The position numbers and the translations under genes are program-made. Shown here one piece after another: positions 5,752 through 14,411 of a stretch of DNA of 15,696 bases. Location of the stretch: IMG/VR virus record IMGVR_UViG_3300027863_000015, one strand, 5' to 3'. This stretch comes from a virus. The number at the start of each line of letters is the position of its first letter. Positions within the stretch are counted from its first letter, which is position 1. Below the pieces are notes generated by a model that was not told the origin of the DNA, ran no database searches, and saw only the letters and a list, made by a program, of their open reading frames with translations.

Positions 5752-7520
5752 TCCGCCAGCTTCTTCACCCTCTGTTAGCGCCTGAACCTGAGTCCGGGGC
5801 TTCCCGCCCGTTTCAACCCGGCAACCCTGGCGGGCCTGGCCGCGGCAACCGGCGGGATCGGGACGGCGAGATTCTGGACAGGTGGAACGCTCCCGGCCCC
5901 TGTGGGTTTTGGGCCTGGGTTGCAGACGTGCGCCCCCACGTCTTGCAGCGCAATAACCAATACGGGCCATGGGAACCGACTGAAGAACAGCGCCGGGCCA
6001 TTGACAACGCTTTGGCCGTTGACGCCCATGGCCGCTTCCTGCATACCCTGAACCTGCTTATCGAACCGCGCCGCCATGGGAAGAGCACGGCCTTTGCCCT
6101 GGTGGTCTTGTGGCTTTCGACTTCCCGCCGCAATCACGTTTGCCAGCTTTTGGGAAACACGGCGGACCATTCCCGGCGCACTCAGTTCAGAACCTTGCGG
6201 CGGATCATCGCCAATACCCCGCGCCTGGCCCGGCTGATCCCAGACGAGTTTATTTTCACCAATGAAATCACCTTCCCGCCCCTGCAATCGGCCATTCAAC
6301 TTGGGGAGGGGTTGAGCCTGTCAAGCGCCTTCGGGGACCGGCTTAATTGTCTGTGGGTTTCCGATCTTCACGCCTCCCCCGATCTTGGCCCCTTCAACGC
6401 TTTGCAGGCCAGCTTGTTAGACAGTGAAGACTCTCTGATCCTGATTGACAGTAACGTTGACCCCACGGACGGCCACGTTCACGGCCTGCAAAAGGAAGCG
6501 GCAAGCGACCCAACAATCTACGCCCGCCATGTCTGTTATAGGGACCTGGCCGAATTTGAAACAAAGGCTCCGGCCTGGATTGACCGGCAAAAGGCCCGGC
6601 GGCTGCAACGGACGGCCCTACCCGCCGACTTCAAGCGGGATATTCTTGGCCAAAGGTCAGACGCCAAGAACGCCCTTTTCCCTACAGAGTTTATCAAGGC
6701 GGCCCGCGCTCCGTACAAGATTCCCGTGGCCGATCTGAAAGAGCTTGTCAAAGGCCGGGCTTACAAGGTGGGCGGCGGGCTGGACCGGGCCAAGTCTTTA
6801 TCACCCCTGGCGGGCGGGGATTCGACCGTCTGGACGGTTGTGGCCAAGGTTGCTTCCCCTGAGCATGGCGAGCCGGAATTTTATGTTCTTAACCAGGTGG
6901 TCTTCACCCTCAACACCTCACGGGCCATTAAGAAGGCGATCCTGCAAGATCATGAAAGGTACGGCCTGGACGCTGTGACCCTGGAAAATTACGAGATTAC
7001 GGACCTGGCCCCATGGCTGGCGGACGTGAAGATTCCCCATGAAATCGTGACCGCCTCAGAAAAAATGCAGAATTCGGCCTTCCCAGAAATGGCCCGGATT
7101 TTCAGAGAAGAGCGGTTTCACTTTTCCAAGGACCTGAAGACCTTCGAATCTGAACTCAAGGCTTTCGTGTACCAGGCGGGCCGGGCGGGGAAGTATTCCT
7201 TCGGAGCCGCCACGTCTAAACAGCATGACGATACGGTTTACTCAACCTGTCATGCAATTTGGGCCTTGCGGGAAGCGGTCCTGGCCGCCTATGTCCTGGG
7301 GTCCTTCACTTGCCGGAATAAGTCCCCGCGCCGTCAACTCTGTTACCTCATGGGCGGCGGGAAGCAGCTTCTTTGCGCCGATTTCTGCCAGGCCCACAAG
7401 CAGGTGGAAGCCATGTTTCAAGAGTTCAAGAAGATCAGGTTAGACGATGATCTGAACTTGCATGAGTTTTTCGAGAGCAAGGTACGCTTTGACGGGGCCA
7501 GGATTTACCAGGCCGCATAA
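5748..7520 (+). CDS. terL: Terminase large subunit
   Basis: It has a Walker A-like EPRRHGKSTAF, a Walker B-like LILIDSNVD and a C-terminal nuclease-type HDDTVYS. Size and position before the portal gene fit. Confidence 0.8.
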   Translation: MIRQLLHPLLAPEPESGASRPFQPGNPGGPGRGNRRDRDGEILDRWNAPGPCGFWAWVADVRPHVLQRNNQYGPWEPTEEQRRAIDNALAVDAHGRFLHTLNLLIEPRRHGKSTAFALVVLWLSTSRRNHVCQLLGNTADHSRRTQFRTLRRIIANTPRLARLIPDEFIFTNEITFPPLQSAIQLGEGLSLSSAFGDRLNCLWVSDLHASPDLGPFNALQASLLDSEDSLILIDSNVDPTDGHVHGLQKEAASDPTIYARHVCYRDLAEFETKAPAWIDRQKARRLQRTALPADFKRDILGQRSDAKNALFPTEFIKAARAPYKIPVADLKELVKGRAYKVGGGLDRAKSLSPLAGGDSTVWTVVAKVASPEHGEPEFYVLNQVVFTLNTSRAIKKAILQDHERYGLDAVTLENYEITDLAPWLADVKIPHEIVTASEKMQNSAFPEMARIFREERFHFSKDLKTFESELKAFVYQAGRAGKYSFGAATSKQHDDTVYSTCHAIWALREAVLAAYVLGSFTCRNKSPRRQLCYLMGGGKQLLCADFCQAHKQVEAMFQEFKKIRLDDDLNLHEFFESKVRFDGARIYQAA

Positions 7521-7531
7521 GGGAAAAGAAC

Positions 7532-8851
7532 ATGCTTTTTCAAAGCCAAGTCCCGATTATTTTCAACCGCCTGAACCTTCAGGCCGACAGCGCCGCTTCT
7601 TTGGCGCGCAAGACAGAGACGGCCAAGCGGCTTGACCTGTACCATGACGCTCAGCTTGACCACCTGGAAACCAGGCTGAATGAGCTTTTCTCCGATCCTT
7701 CCGCCATGGTCAAGGTCTGCCTGAACGTGGTTAAGAAGGTGGTCAACAACCTGGCCCAAGTTTACCGGGAAGCCCCGGTTCGGATTATAGAGGGAAACGA
7801 CAGCGATAAGGAGCTTTACTCCGGGATTGTCGAGGGCCTGGCCCTGGACGTGAAGCTGAAGCTGGCCAGCCGGTACGCCAAGCTCTTAAAGACCATTCTC
7901 CTTCGCCCGGTTTGGCGAAATGAACGCCTGGACCTGGACATATTGACCGGGAACATCCTGGACGTGGAAACCGGGGAAAGCCCGGAAATCTTGTCAAAGG
8001 TCCTGGTTACGGATTTCGGCACGTCTGACAAGATTGAAGAGGTGGAATACTCCTACTGGACGCCGGAAACCTGGCAACGCCTGGACTACCGGGGCCAGGT
8101 GAAAGAAGAAGCAGCGAATCCTTACGGCGTCCTACCCTTCCTTGCAGTTTTCGATTATCCGCCGCCCTCTTCAAGCTTTTGGCTTCCGGGCGGAGACGAT
8201 CTTGTCAGCCTTCAGGAAGCCGTAAACCTGAAGCTGACTGATCTTCTCTATCTCCTGTCAACCCAGTCCTTCGGCGTGGGGTATATCAAGGGCGGTCAAG
8301 GCGGCGGGAGCCTCAAGGTTGATCCCGGCGCCCTGGTGGAACTCCCGGAAAACGGAGAAATCGGCTTTGCCAATCAACAGGCCCGGATTGAAGAAGTGGT
8401 GGGAGCCATTGACAAGCTAATCAAGTGGGGCTGTGTGAGCCATGGCCTTTCCGCCGCTTCCATGTCAACCGATCCCCAGGAAGCAAGCGGGTTAAGCAAA
8501 ATTGTGGATACCCGCGAACTGGCGGAAATGCGAGCTGAAGACGTGGCCCTGTGGCGTTCCTATGAAAAGCGGCTTTTTCAGCTTGTGCGCGTGGTTTGGA
8601 ACGCCCACAACACAAAGAAGCTTTCCGAGTCGGCCACACTCAAGGTTGACTTCGCCGATCCCCGCCCCGAAGTTGACCCCAAATCACAGGCCGAAGCCTG
8701 GGAGAAGCTCTTGGGGTTTGGCGTTATCTCCCCTGTAGATATTGCCATGCAACAAAACCCGGACCTGAAGACGCGGGAAGAAGCCCTGGCGTATCTCATT
8801 CAAGTGCAGGAAGAAAGCCGGGAACTGAACTCCGGTAGAGAAGTTTTATAA
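7532..8851 (+). CDS. Portal protein
   Basis: A 439-aa ORF directly after TerL and before the scaffold and capsid genes. The call rests on position and size. I did not recognise a specific motif. Confidence 0.65.
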   Translation: MLFQSQVPIIFNRLNLQADSAASLARKTETAKRLDLYHDAQLDHLETRLNELFSDPSAMVKVCLNVVKKVVNNLAQVYREAPVRIIEGNDSDKELYSGIVEGLALDVKLKLASRYAKLLKTILLRPVWRNERLDLDILTGNILDVETGESPEILSKVLVTDFGTSDKIEEVEYSYWTPETWQRLDYRGQVKEEAANPYGVLPFLAVFDYPPPSSSFWLPGGDDLVSLQEAVNLKLTDLLYLLSTQSFGVGYIKGGQGGGSLKVDPGALVELPENGEIGFANQQARIEEVVGAIDKLIKWGCVSHGLSAASMSTDPQEASGLSKIVDTRELAEMRAEDVALWRSYEKRLFQLVRVVWNAHNTKKLSESATLKVDFADPRPEVDPKSQAEAWEKLLGFGVISPVDIAMQQNPDLKTREEALAYLIQVQEESRELNSGREVL

Positions 8852-8895
8852 CCCGAAAAATCCGCCCTCCCAGGCGTTAAATGGAGGTTTAAAAA

Positions 8896-9291
8896 ATGCC
8901 TGACAAAGCCAATGACCAAAATACGCAGGATCAGCCCGGCGGGAACGCACCCGATAAAGGCGACGGTAAAGACCGGGCGGATCAAAACCAGGAAAAGACT
9001 GTCCCCTATACCCGCTTTCAACAGGTAAATGAGGCCAAGAAGCAGGCGGAAACCGAGCTTCAGGCCGTGGCGGACGGTCTTAAGGAAGAAGTCCCTGAAG
9101 AATTCCGGGAGTTAATCCCGGACTTGCCGCCCGGCCAGCTTATCAAGTGGCTTCGGCAAGCCCAGGCCAAGGGAATTTTCAACCCGCCCAAGGCCGACGC
9201 CCTGGATTCCAAACGGCCCGGCGATAAGAAAGCGCCGGACTTTAACGCCATGACCCCTCTTCAAATGCGTGAGGCGGGGTACAAGACCTAA
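8896..9291 (+). CDS. Scaffolding protein
   Basis: 131 aa with a charged, low-complexity N-terminus. The VPYTRFQQVNEAKKQAE helix resembles scaffold proteins I recall. It lies between portal and capsid, with GGAGG as its RBS. Confidence 0.55.
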   Translation: MPDKANDQNTQDQPGGNAPDKGDGKDRADQNQEKTVPYTRFQQVNEAKKQAETELQAVADGLKEEVPEEFRELIPDLPPGQLIKWLRQAQAKGIFNPPKADALDSKRPGDKKAPDFNAMTPLQMREAGYKT

Positions 9292-9303
9292 ACGAGGTGA
9301 ACA

Positions 9304-10224
9304 ATGTCTCTGACTCTTTTGGAAGCTGCGAAACTTTCTCAGACCCCGTTGCAGCGCGGGGTGATTGAAGTCTTCCCGCGGACTTCCCCGATCTTGGAAC
9401 GGTTGCCCTTCCTGGACGTGGCGTCCGACTCCTATAAGTACAATCAGGAAGAGGCCCTTCCGGGAATCGCCTTCCGGGGAATAGGCGAAGGCTACACCGA
9501 ATCTACCGGGGTGATTAACCCCGTAACCGAAGCCCTGGCCATTATGGGCGGCGTCTCCGATGTTGACCGCGCCCTGGTGAAGACTCAGGGGAATATCAAC
9601 AACCTTCGGGCTATTCATGACGGCCTGAAGGCCAAGGCCGCGGCTCTGTTCTTCACCAAGAACTTTATAAAGGGCGACACGGATGAAGACCCCAAGGGCT
9701 TTGACGGCCTGGAAAAGCGGTTGACCGGCGGCCAGGTGATTGACGCCGGGGCCACTTCCGGGGGAGACGCCTTGACCCTGGCCAAGCTTGATGAACTCAT
9801 TGACGCGTTGGCGGGCGGCCCGGACGTTCTTTTCATGAACAAGACCATGCGCCGGAAAGTCAACACCCTGATTCGGGCGGCTAACCAGGCCATTGAAACC
9901 GTTTCGGACGCCTTTGGCCGCCTGCTTACCGCTTACGCTGGGGTTCCTATCGCGGTTATCGAAAGCGATGAACAGGATAACCCGATCCTGGCCTTCGATG
10001 AAGCGGCCCCTGGCGGCGGGTCTTCCGTCTGTACCAGCATTTACGCCGTCCGCTTCGGCGCGAAGGAGTATGTCTCCGGCCTGCAATGCGGCAAAATGGA
10101 CGTGATTGACATGGGCCTGTACTCCGGCGGGACGGCCTACCGGACGCTGATTGAGTGGATTTGCGGCCTGGCCGTCTTTCATCCCCGCGCCGCCGCCCGT
10201 CTCCGCGGGATCAAGAACGCTTAG
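9304..10224 (+). CDS. Major capsid protein
   Basis: 306 aa. The N-terminus LLEAAKLSQTPLQRGVIEVF...LPFLDV...YKYNQEEALPGIAFRGIGEGY resembles a capsid family seen in small phages (from memory). It follows the scaffold gene and has a GAGGTG RBS. Confidence 0.7.
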   Translation: MSLTLLEAAKLSQTPLQRGVIEVFPRTSPILERLPFLDVASDSYKYNQEEALPGIAFRGIGEGYTESTGVINPVTEALAIMGGVSDVDRALVKTQGNINNLRAIHDGLKAKAAALFFTKNFIKGDTDEDPKGFDGLEKRLTGGQVIDAGATSGGDALTLAKLDELIDALAGGPDVLFMNKTMRRKVNTLIRAANQAIETVSDAFGRLLTAYAGVPIAVIESDEQDNPILAFDEAAPGGGSSVCTSIYAVRFGAKEYVSGLQCGKMDVIDMGLYSGGTAYRTLIEWICGLAVFHPRAAARLRGIKNA

Positions 10225-10242
10225 GCGGAAGGAAGGTGAACC

Positions 10243-10737
10243 ATGTTTGATGTAGCCCATGAACTGAAAGACGCGGGCCTGGTGGCTTCCAGTCTGGCCG
10301 GAACGGTTGACGGTCAGGCCAAGGTGGTCAACCTGGGGCGTGAACTGGTGGAAGGGAAGCTGGTTATTGACGTGTCGGCCCTGGAAATTGACTCCGATAA
10401 CGAGCTTTACCGGATCAAGCTGCAAGGGTCCGCCGCCCATGACTTCAGCGCCTATGTGGAAGACCTGGCCATTTTGGAGCTTGGGGCCAAGGAAGTCCTT
10501 GGCGGGGATCAGGATTCCCAGGCGGGCCGGTATGTGGTGCCTTTCACCAATGGCAAGGGCCTTTACGTCTGGCCTTACGTCCGCCTCTACACTGAGGTTT
10601 CCGGGTCTGTGGCCACAGGGATTGATTTTTCCGCCCACCTTGTGCGGGAAGTCACCACGCGGCCTTTGACCGGCTTAACGACTACCACCACCACAAGCAC
10701 AACTACCACCACTTCAACCACAACCACCACTACCTAA
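10243..10737 (+). CDS. Capsid-adjacent protein (possible decoration or head accessory) with a poly-Thr/Ser C-terminal tail
   Basis: 164 aa with an AAGGAAGGTG RBS. It ends in TTTTTTSTTTTTSTTTTTT. The functional call is by position only. Confidence 0.45.
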   Translation: MFDVAHELKDAGLVASSLAGTVDGQAKVVNLGRELVEGKLVIDVSALEIDSDNELYRIKLQGSAAHDFSAYVEDLAILELGAKEVLGGDQDSQAGRYVVPFTNGKGLYVWPYVRLYTEVSGSVATGIDFSAHLVREVTTRPLTGLTTTTTTSTTTTTSTTTTTT

Positions 10738-10975
10738 CGTGGTGTAACGATATGGGCGGGACGCGTGTCGTGGCGCGCCCCTACCAGACAGGCCAGGGGA
10801 TGAAGCCTGACGCCTGGCGGCCAACAGGCGTGAATTGTGGGCAACTCCTACGTTGTCGTGGTCAATGCAGCAAGCGGAATCCCCGGAGGGCCTTGATAAT
10901 CCTCCCAAAGCTCTCCGGGGTGACTGCCCAGGTTGCAATCGCTTGCAAGAAATGAAGTTAACTTACTGAAATATC

Positions 10976-12118
10976 ATGGAAAACTACTTTAACGAGCGCT
11001 ATAAGTTCACCCATAGGCTTGAGGGCGTGGTCAACGCCTACGGGGTTGATATTGCTCAGACCTTGGCCGGGGCCTTAGAAACCGTTACCGGCAAGCTCAT
11101 GAGGTTGACCGCGGCGGCGGAATCAACCCCTTCCCTGGTAAGGAAGCGGGAGTTTCTCCTTAAGCGGAAGGCCGAAATTGAAACCGCCCTGGCCGAAATC
11201 TACCGGGATATAGGGGAAGACCTGAAGGCCAGGGCCGTTGAGACGGCCATGGTCACGCCCGAAATCATCAATGGGATCATGGAGGGGAGCCTTCCCGAAG
11301 GCGTGTCAGCCGGGTTGAAGTGGTCACACGTCACTAAGGATCGGGTCTTGGCCTGGTGGGATTCGGCCCAGGTTGAAGGAACTTTCTTTGCCGACTACCT
11401 GAAGAAATTGGAAACATCCGCCGCCCAAAGGATTCTTCAGGCGTCGCGGGAAAGCCTGATTCTCGGAGACAACTTCAAAGTTACCGCCAAGAAGCTTCAA
11501 GACGCCCTGGATATTGGCAGACATTCGGCTATGGGGTTAGCCAAAACTGCGATCCATAGCGCGGTGAATTGGGCCGAGCGGGAAGTTTATGAACAAAACT
11601 CGGATCGGTTCAAGAGTTACCGCTTCCAGGCCGAGCTTGACCGGGGGACCTGTGAATATTGCGCCTTCCTGGACAGCCGGGAATATGCCCTTGAAGACGC
11701 TCCCATGCCGCCCGTGCATTTCGCTTGCCGATGCTGGGTATTCCCGGTCTTGAAGGACGTGATAGTTGACGGGAAAACCGTTCCCTTTGAAGACGCCTTG
11801 GGGCCGGAATATGACAAGGTGGCCCGGCGGATTTCCCGCCTTGAGACTGATCCGCGGACGGTGCATCACCGGGACGGGACAACTTCCACGGCCTACCGGG
11901 GCTATGAGGTCAAGTTTGTGGACCGGAGAATGAACTACCGGCAATGGATGGAGTCCATGGTTAAGAGTTCAGACCCCGGAGACGTGGCCTTTGCCAGGGA
12001 AGCCCTTGGCCCTACCCGATTTAACCTGGTGGAATCCGGCAAGCTGAAAATTGAGTCCCTGTACTACGGCGGTAAGGTGCGAACCATCAATGAACTGAAG
12101 AGGTTAATGGAATCATGA
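10976..12118 (+). CDS. Head morphogenesis / minor capsid protein, Mu F / SPP1 gp7 family
   Basis: AELDRGTCEYCAFLDSREY...PPVHFACRCWVFPV matches the D-x-R-T-C-x-x-C...H-x-x-C-R-C signature of this family. No Shine-Dalgarno sequence is visible upstream. Confidence 0.75.
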   Translation: MENYFNERYKFTHRLEGVVNAYGVDIAQTLAGALETVTGKLMRLTAAAESTPSLVRKREFLLKRKAEIETALAEIYRDIGEDLKARAVETAMVTPEIINGIMEGSLPEGVSAGLKWSHVTKDRVLAWWDSAQVEGTFFADYLKKLETSAAQRILQASRESLILGDNFKVTAKKLQDALDIGRHSAMGLAKTAIHSAVNWAEREVYEQNSDRFKSYRFQAELDRGTCEYCAFLDSREYALEDAPMPPVHFACRCWVFPVLKDVIVDGKTVPFEDALGPEYDKVARRISRLETDPRTVHHRDGTTSTAYRGYEVKFVDRRMNYRQWMESMVKSSDPGDVAFAREALGPTRFNLVESGKLKIESLYYGGKVRTINELKRLMES

Positions 12119-12561
12119 CCGACCTGATTGCTTACCCGGACGCGGGATATAACACCTGGATAGATGAAGACGGGGCGGCGGAGCACTTTGCAAACCGTCT
12201 TCATACCGATGATTGGTTAGCGGCGGACGCGCCAACCCAGGCCGCAGCCCTGCTTATGGCCTTCCGGTCCCTGAATGAGCTTGAGTTCAATCTGTGGTGG
12301 AAGCTTGATAAGACCCTGGCGGATCGTTATACGGACGCCCAAAAAGCCGAAATCCTGGCCACCCTGAAGCAGGCTCAGTGTGAAGAGGCGCTTCATTTGC
12401 TCCGGTATGATACTGAGGGCGTCGGCGTTCAAGCCGTGAGCCTGGGAGGGATGCTTTCAGTCAGGCTTGACCCTGGCCAGAATCCGCCCCGCCACAGTCA
12501 AAGGGCTATTGATATTTTGCGGTCACTCCTCAAGGGCCGGTCTGTGGCCCGGTTCAGGTAA
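12115..12561 (+). CDS. Head-tail adaptor/connector-like protein (gp6 / DnaT-like pattern)
   Basis: YPDAGYNTWIDEDGAAEHFANRL...DWLAADAPTQAAALLMAFRSL resembles the N-terminal pattern of head-tail connector proteins. Its ATG overlaps the preceding stop (ATGA). Confidence 0.5.
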   Translation: MTDLIAYPDAGYNTWIDEDGAAEHFANRLHTDDWLAADAPTQAAALLMAFRSLNELEFNLWWKLDKTLADRYTDAQKAEILATLKQAQCEEALHLLRYDTEGVGVQAVSLGGMLSVRLDPGQNPPRHSQRAIDILRSLLKGRSVARFR

Positions 12562-12565
12562 GAAG

Positions 12566-13345
12566 ATGAAAGGCGTCTGTGAAAAATGCGCCCGCCGGGA
12601 AGGGTGCGATACCCCTTGCAGGCCGGTTGAACTCTACCTTGCCCAGGACAACTTGACCGTTTTCGAGAAGACGGGAATAGGCGAAAATGGGGAGGAAATC
12701 ACCATCATTTTCGCCCGCTCCCGCGAAATCCCGGAATCCATGCTACCCCAAATTTCGGATAAGACTGAAGAACCCATAGACGTTTTCACCACGGAAGCGG
12801 ACTCCCCTTTTGCCGGATTCAACCCTGACCTGAAGCAGACCGGCGTCTTCATAGACCGCTTCTTCAACAAGTGGTCTTATGAAGACCTGGCGGTCAAGTA
12901 CGAGACGACCGTTGAAGGAGCCAAAAAGCTCTATCATGCCGCCGTCAAGCGTCTCCTGAACGTGGTAGAGGCCCTGGACGGGAAGAACGGCCCACGCAAC
13001 TTCGAACCCTGGAAAAAGATGGTGGAAGAGCGCTCAGGGAGTATCCCGGCGGGAATGAGGTGGTTCCTGCTTAACAAGCTCTTCCAAATGCGGCCCGCCG
13101 AAATCGCCCGCATGGAAGGCGTCAAGCACCCTTCCGAAGTCCGGGGCCTGATTATCCGGGTAAGCGATCAATTAAGCTGTGGGGAGATTTCCATTTTCGA
13201 GAAGGACCCGGAACAGGCGGAAGCGGCCAAGGCACGCCTTGAGGTTAAGAGAAAACAGCGCCGGGAGAGACACGCCAAGAACAAAGATTCTATAAATGCT
13301 AAACGGCGTGAGTCATACGGCCGGAAGAAATCCAAAGAAGGCTGA
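12566..13345 (+). CDS. Cys-cluster plus sigma-70 region-4-like HTH DNA-binding protein with a highly basic C-terminus
   Basis: N-terminal CEKCARREGCDTPC (C-x2-C-x5-C-x3-C). FIDRFFNKWSYEDLAVKYETTVEGAKKLYHAAVKRLL resembles sigma region 4.2. A second HTH-like segment is RPAEIARMEGVKHPSEVRGLIIRV. I prefer ATG 12566 because the track start at 12467 overlaps the previous gene by 95 nt. Confidence 0.55.
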   Translation: MKGVCEKCARREGCDTPCRPVELYLAQDNLTVFEKTGIGENGEEITIIFARSREIPESMLPQISDKTEEPIDVFTTEADSPFAGFNPDLKQTGVFIDRFFNKWSYEDLAVKYETTVEGAKKLYHAAVKRLLNVVEALDGKNGPRNFEPWKKMVEERSGSIPAGMRWFLLNKLFQMRPAEIARMEGVKHPSEVRGLIIRVSDQLSCGEISIFEKDPEQAEAAKARLEVKRKQRRERHAKNKDSINAKRRESYGRKKSKEG

Positions 13346-13456
13346 TCCACACGCAATCTATGTTTTTCAAGAGTGACTTCCCATAACCCTTTATTTCTCC
13401 CTTAAAACTTGCTATGCTGGCTTTCCGAATAATCTCTGGGGCAAAGGGGAAATTCC

Positions 13457-14101
13457 ATGAAAAAATTACTGCCAATTTCTATTATTATGATGTTTTGGTT
13501 TGCCGGGATAGCGAATGCCCAATCAGCTAAAGAGGCTATAGAGGCTCTGAAAAAACTTGAGTCAAGGGTACAGGTGGGCATTTCTTATAAAGACTATGGA
13601 CCAGCTTTGGGAGAAACACATTATAAAGTAAAAAACTATTTAGATAGTCCTGAGTCAAAAAAGAATTCTAAGTTAAGAAATTCAATTGAGAAGGCGTTAA
13701 ACCATTATATTTATGCAAATGATATATGGAAATATAAATTCGCTGGCAAAGTTTCTGATATAATATATAGAGAAGAACCGCCTTTACCACACCAATATCA
13801 ATACAGCCCTAATAGTGCTACTAATGATTTAATAAGGAAAGGTGACGAACGAAGGAAGGAGGCTGCAAAGAGATTTGTTGATCAGATTATGAAAGACTAT
13901 CGTAAAGTTAAATTAACCTCTTATGGCGGAGGTGGAACATTTATATCAATTTCAGATGCCTTATCGGTTATTTGGAATGAAGCGTCTGATGAAATAAAAA
14001 TAGCATCTAAGTTACTAACTTCTGATGAAATTAAGACTGAAGATACAGAATCAGAAGATGAATCAACCCCACGCCCTTCAAAGTTAAAGACAAAAAGATA
14101 A
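13457..14101 (+). CDS. Secreted/periplasmic protein of unknown function (214 aa)
   Basis: Sec-type signal peptide MKKLLPISIIMMFWFAGIANA|QS. RBS AAAGGGGA lies 6 nt upstream. The gene is very AT-rich, unlike the element core. Confidence 0.65.
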   Translation: MKKLLPISIIMMFWFAGIANAQSAKEAIEALKKLESRVQVGISYKDYGPALGETHYKVKNYLDSPESKKNSKLRNSIEKALNHYIYANDIWKYKFAGKVSDIIYREEPPLPHQYQYSPNSATNDLIRKGDERRKEAAKRFVDQIMKDYRKVKLTSYGGGGTFISISDALSVIWNEASDEIKIASKLLTSDEIKTEDTESEDESTPRPSKLKTKR

Positions 14102-14200
14102 TATCAAGATTTATGAGCAAAGCTAACTAAGCCTAATAAATCTTAACAATAGCCGAAGAGATTGTATGTGTACCAATACCAAATGGGAGGAATTATTTTT

Positions 14201-14407
14201 ATGCCTTATTATGTATATCAAATTCATACTGATAGCACGAATAACCGCCTGTATAATTCTTTTGATAATTTACGAGACGCCGAAAAATTAGAAAAACAGA
14301 TGTTGGAAGGGCGGCGTATCGGAGATAATTATTTTGTCGCAATTGTTAAGGCAGAAAACGATCAAGAGGCGAAAATTAAGGCTGATAGCTTGCGTCCGCA
14401 TCCATAG
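14201..14407 (+). CDS. Small hypothetical protein (68 aa)
   Basis: I prefer ATG 14201 because GGGAGG at 14185-14190 lies 10 nt upstream. The track start is TTG 14162. No motif recognised. Confidence 0.45.
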   Translation: MPYYVYQIHTDSTNNRLYNSFDNLRDAEKLEKQMLEGRRIGDNYFVAIVKAENDQEAKIKADSLRPHP

Positions 14408-14411
14408 CTTT

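Noticed and set aside
5617-6299. Minus-strand ORFs of 117, 174 and 106 aa antisense to terS and terL
   Set aside because: These are shadow ORFs within well-supported plus-strand genes, with low-complexity Arg/Gly/Pro content.
8399-8404. Isolated GTGGGA hexamers inside the portal gene (8399-8404) and the Mu-F-like gene (11356-11361)
   Set aside because: They are single, unpaired copies within coding sequence and lack the flanking YA and 11-bp partner. They are consistent with chance occurrence.
9112-10638. 508-aa ORF on the minus strand, the longest after terL
   Set aside because: It lies exactly antisense to the scaffold, capsid and next genes. It has a Gly/Pro/Arg/Val-rich low-information composition typical of shadow frames in GC-rich coding DNA, and no RBS context. 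The plus-strand genes have RBSs and recognisable roles.
10752-10955. 67-aa plus-strand ORF filling the spacer after the poly-Thr protein
   Set aside because: It has no RBS and an Arg/Cys/Gly-rich composition. The region looks better explained by RNA or DNA secondary structure.
12467-12565. Upstream extension of the sigma-like ORF overlapping the adaptor gene by 95 nt
   Set aside because: The extension is out of frame within the preceding gene and has junk-like sequence. ATG 12566 lies 4 nt after the preceding stop, which fits the packing of the operon.
14106-14144. 9-bp inverted repeat AAGATTTAT...ATAAATCTT after the secreted-protein gene, considered as a terminator
   Set aside because: The stem is all A/T-rich, the loop is 21 nt and no U-tract follows. 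That is too weak to call a terminator, and it may be incidental in AT-rich DNA.
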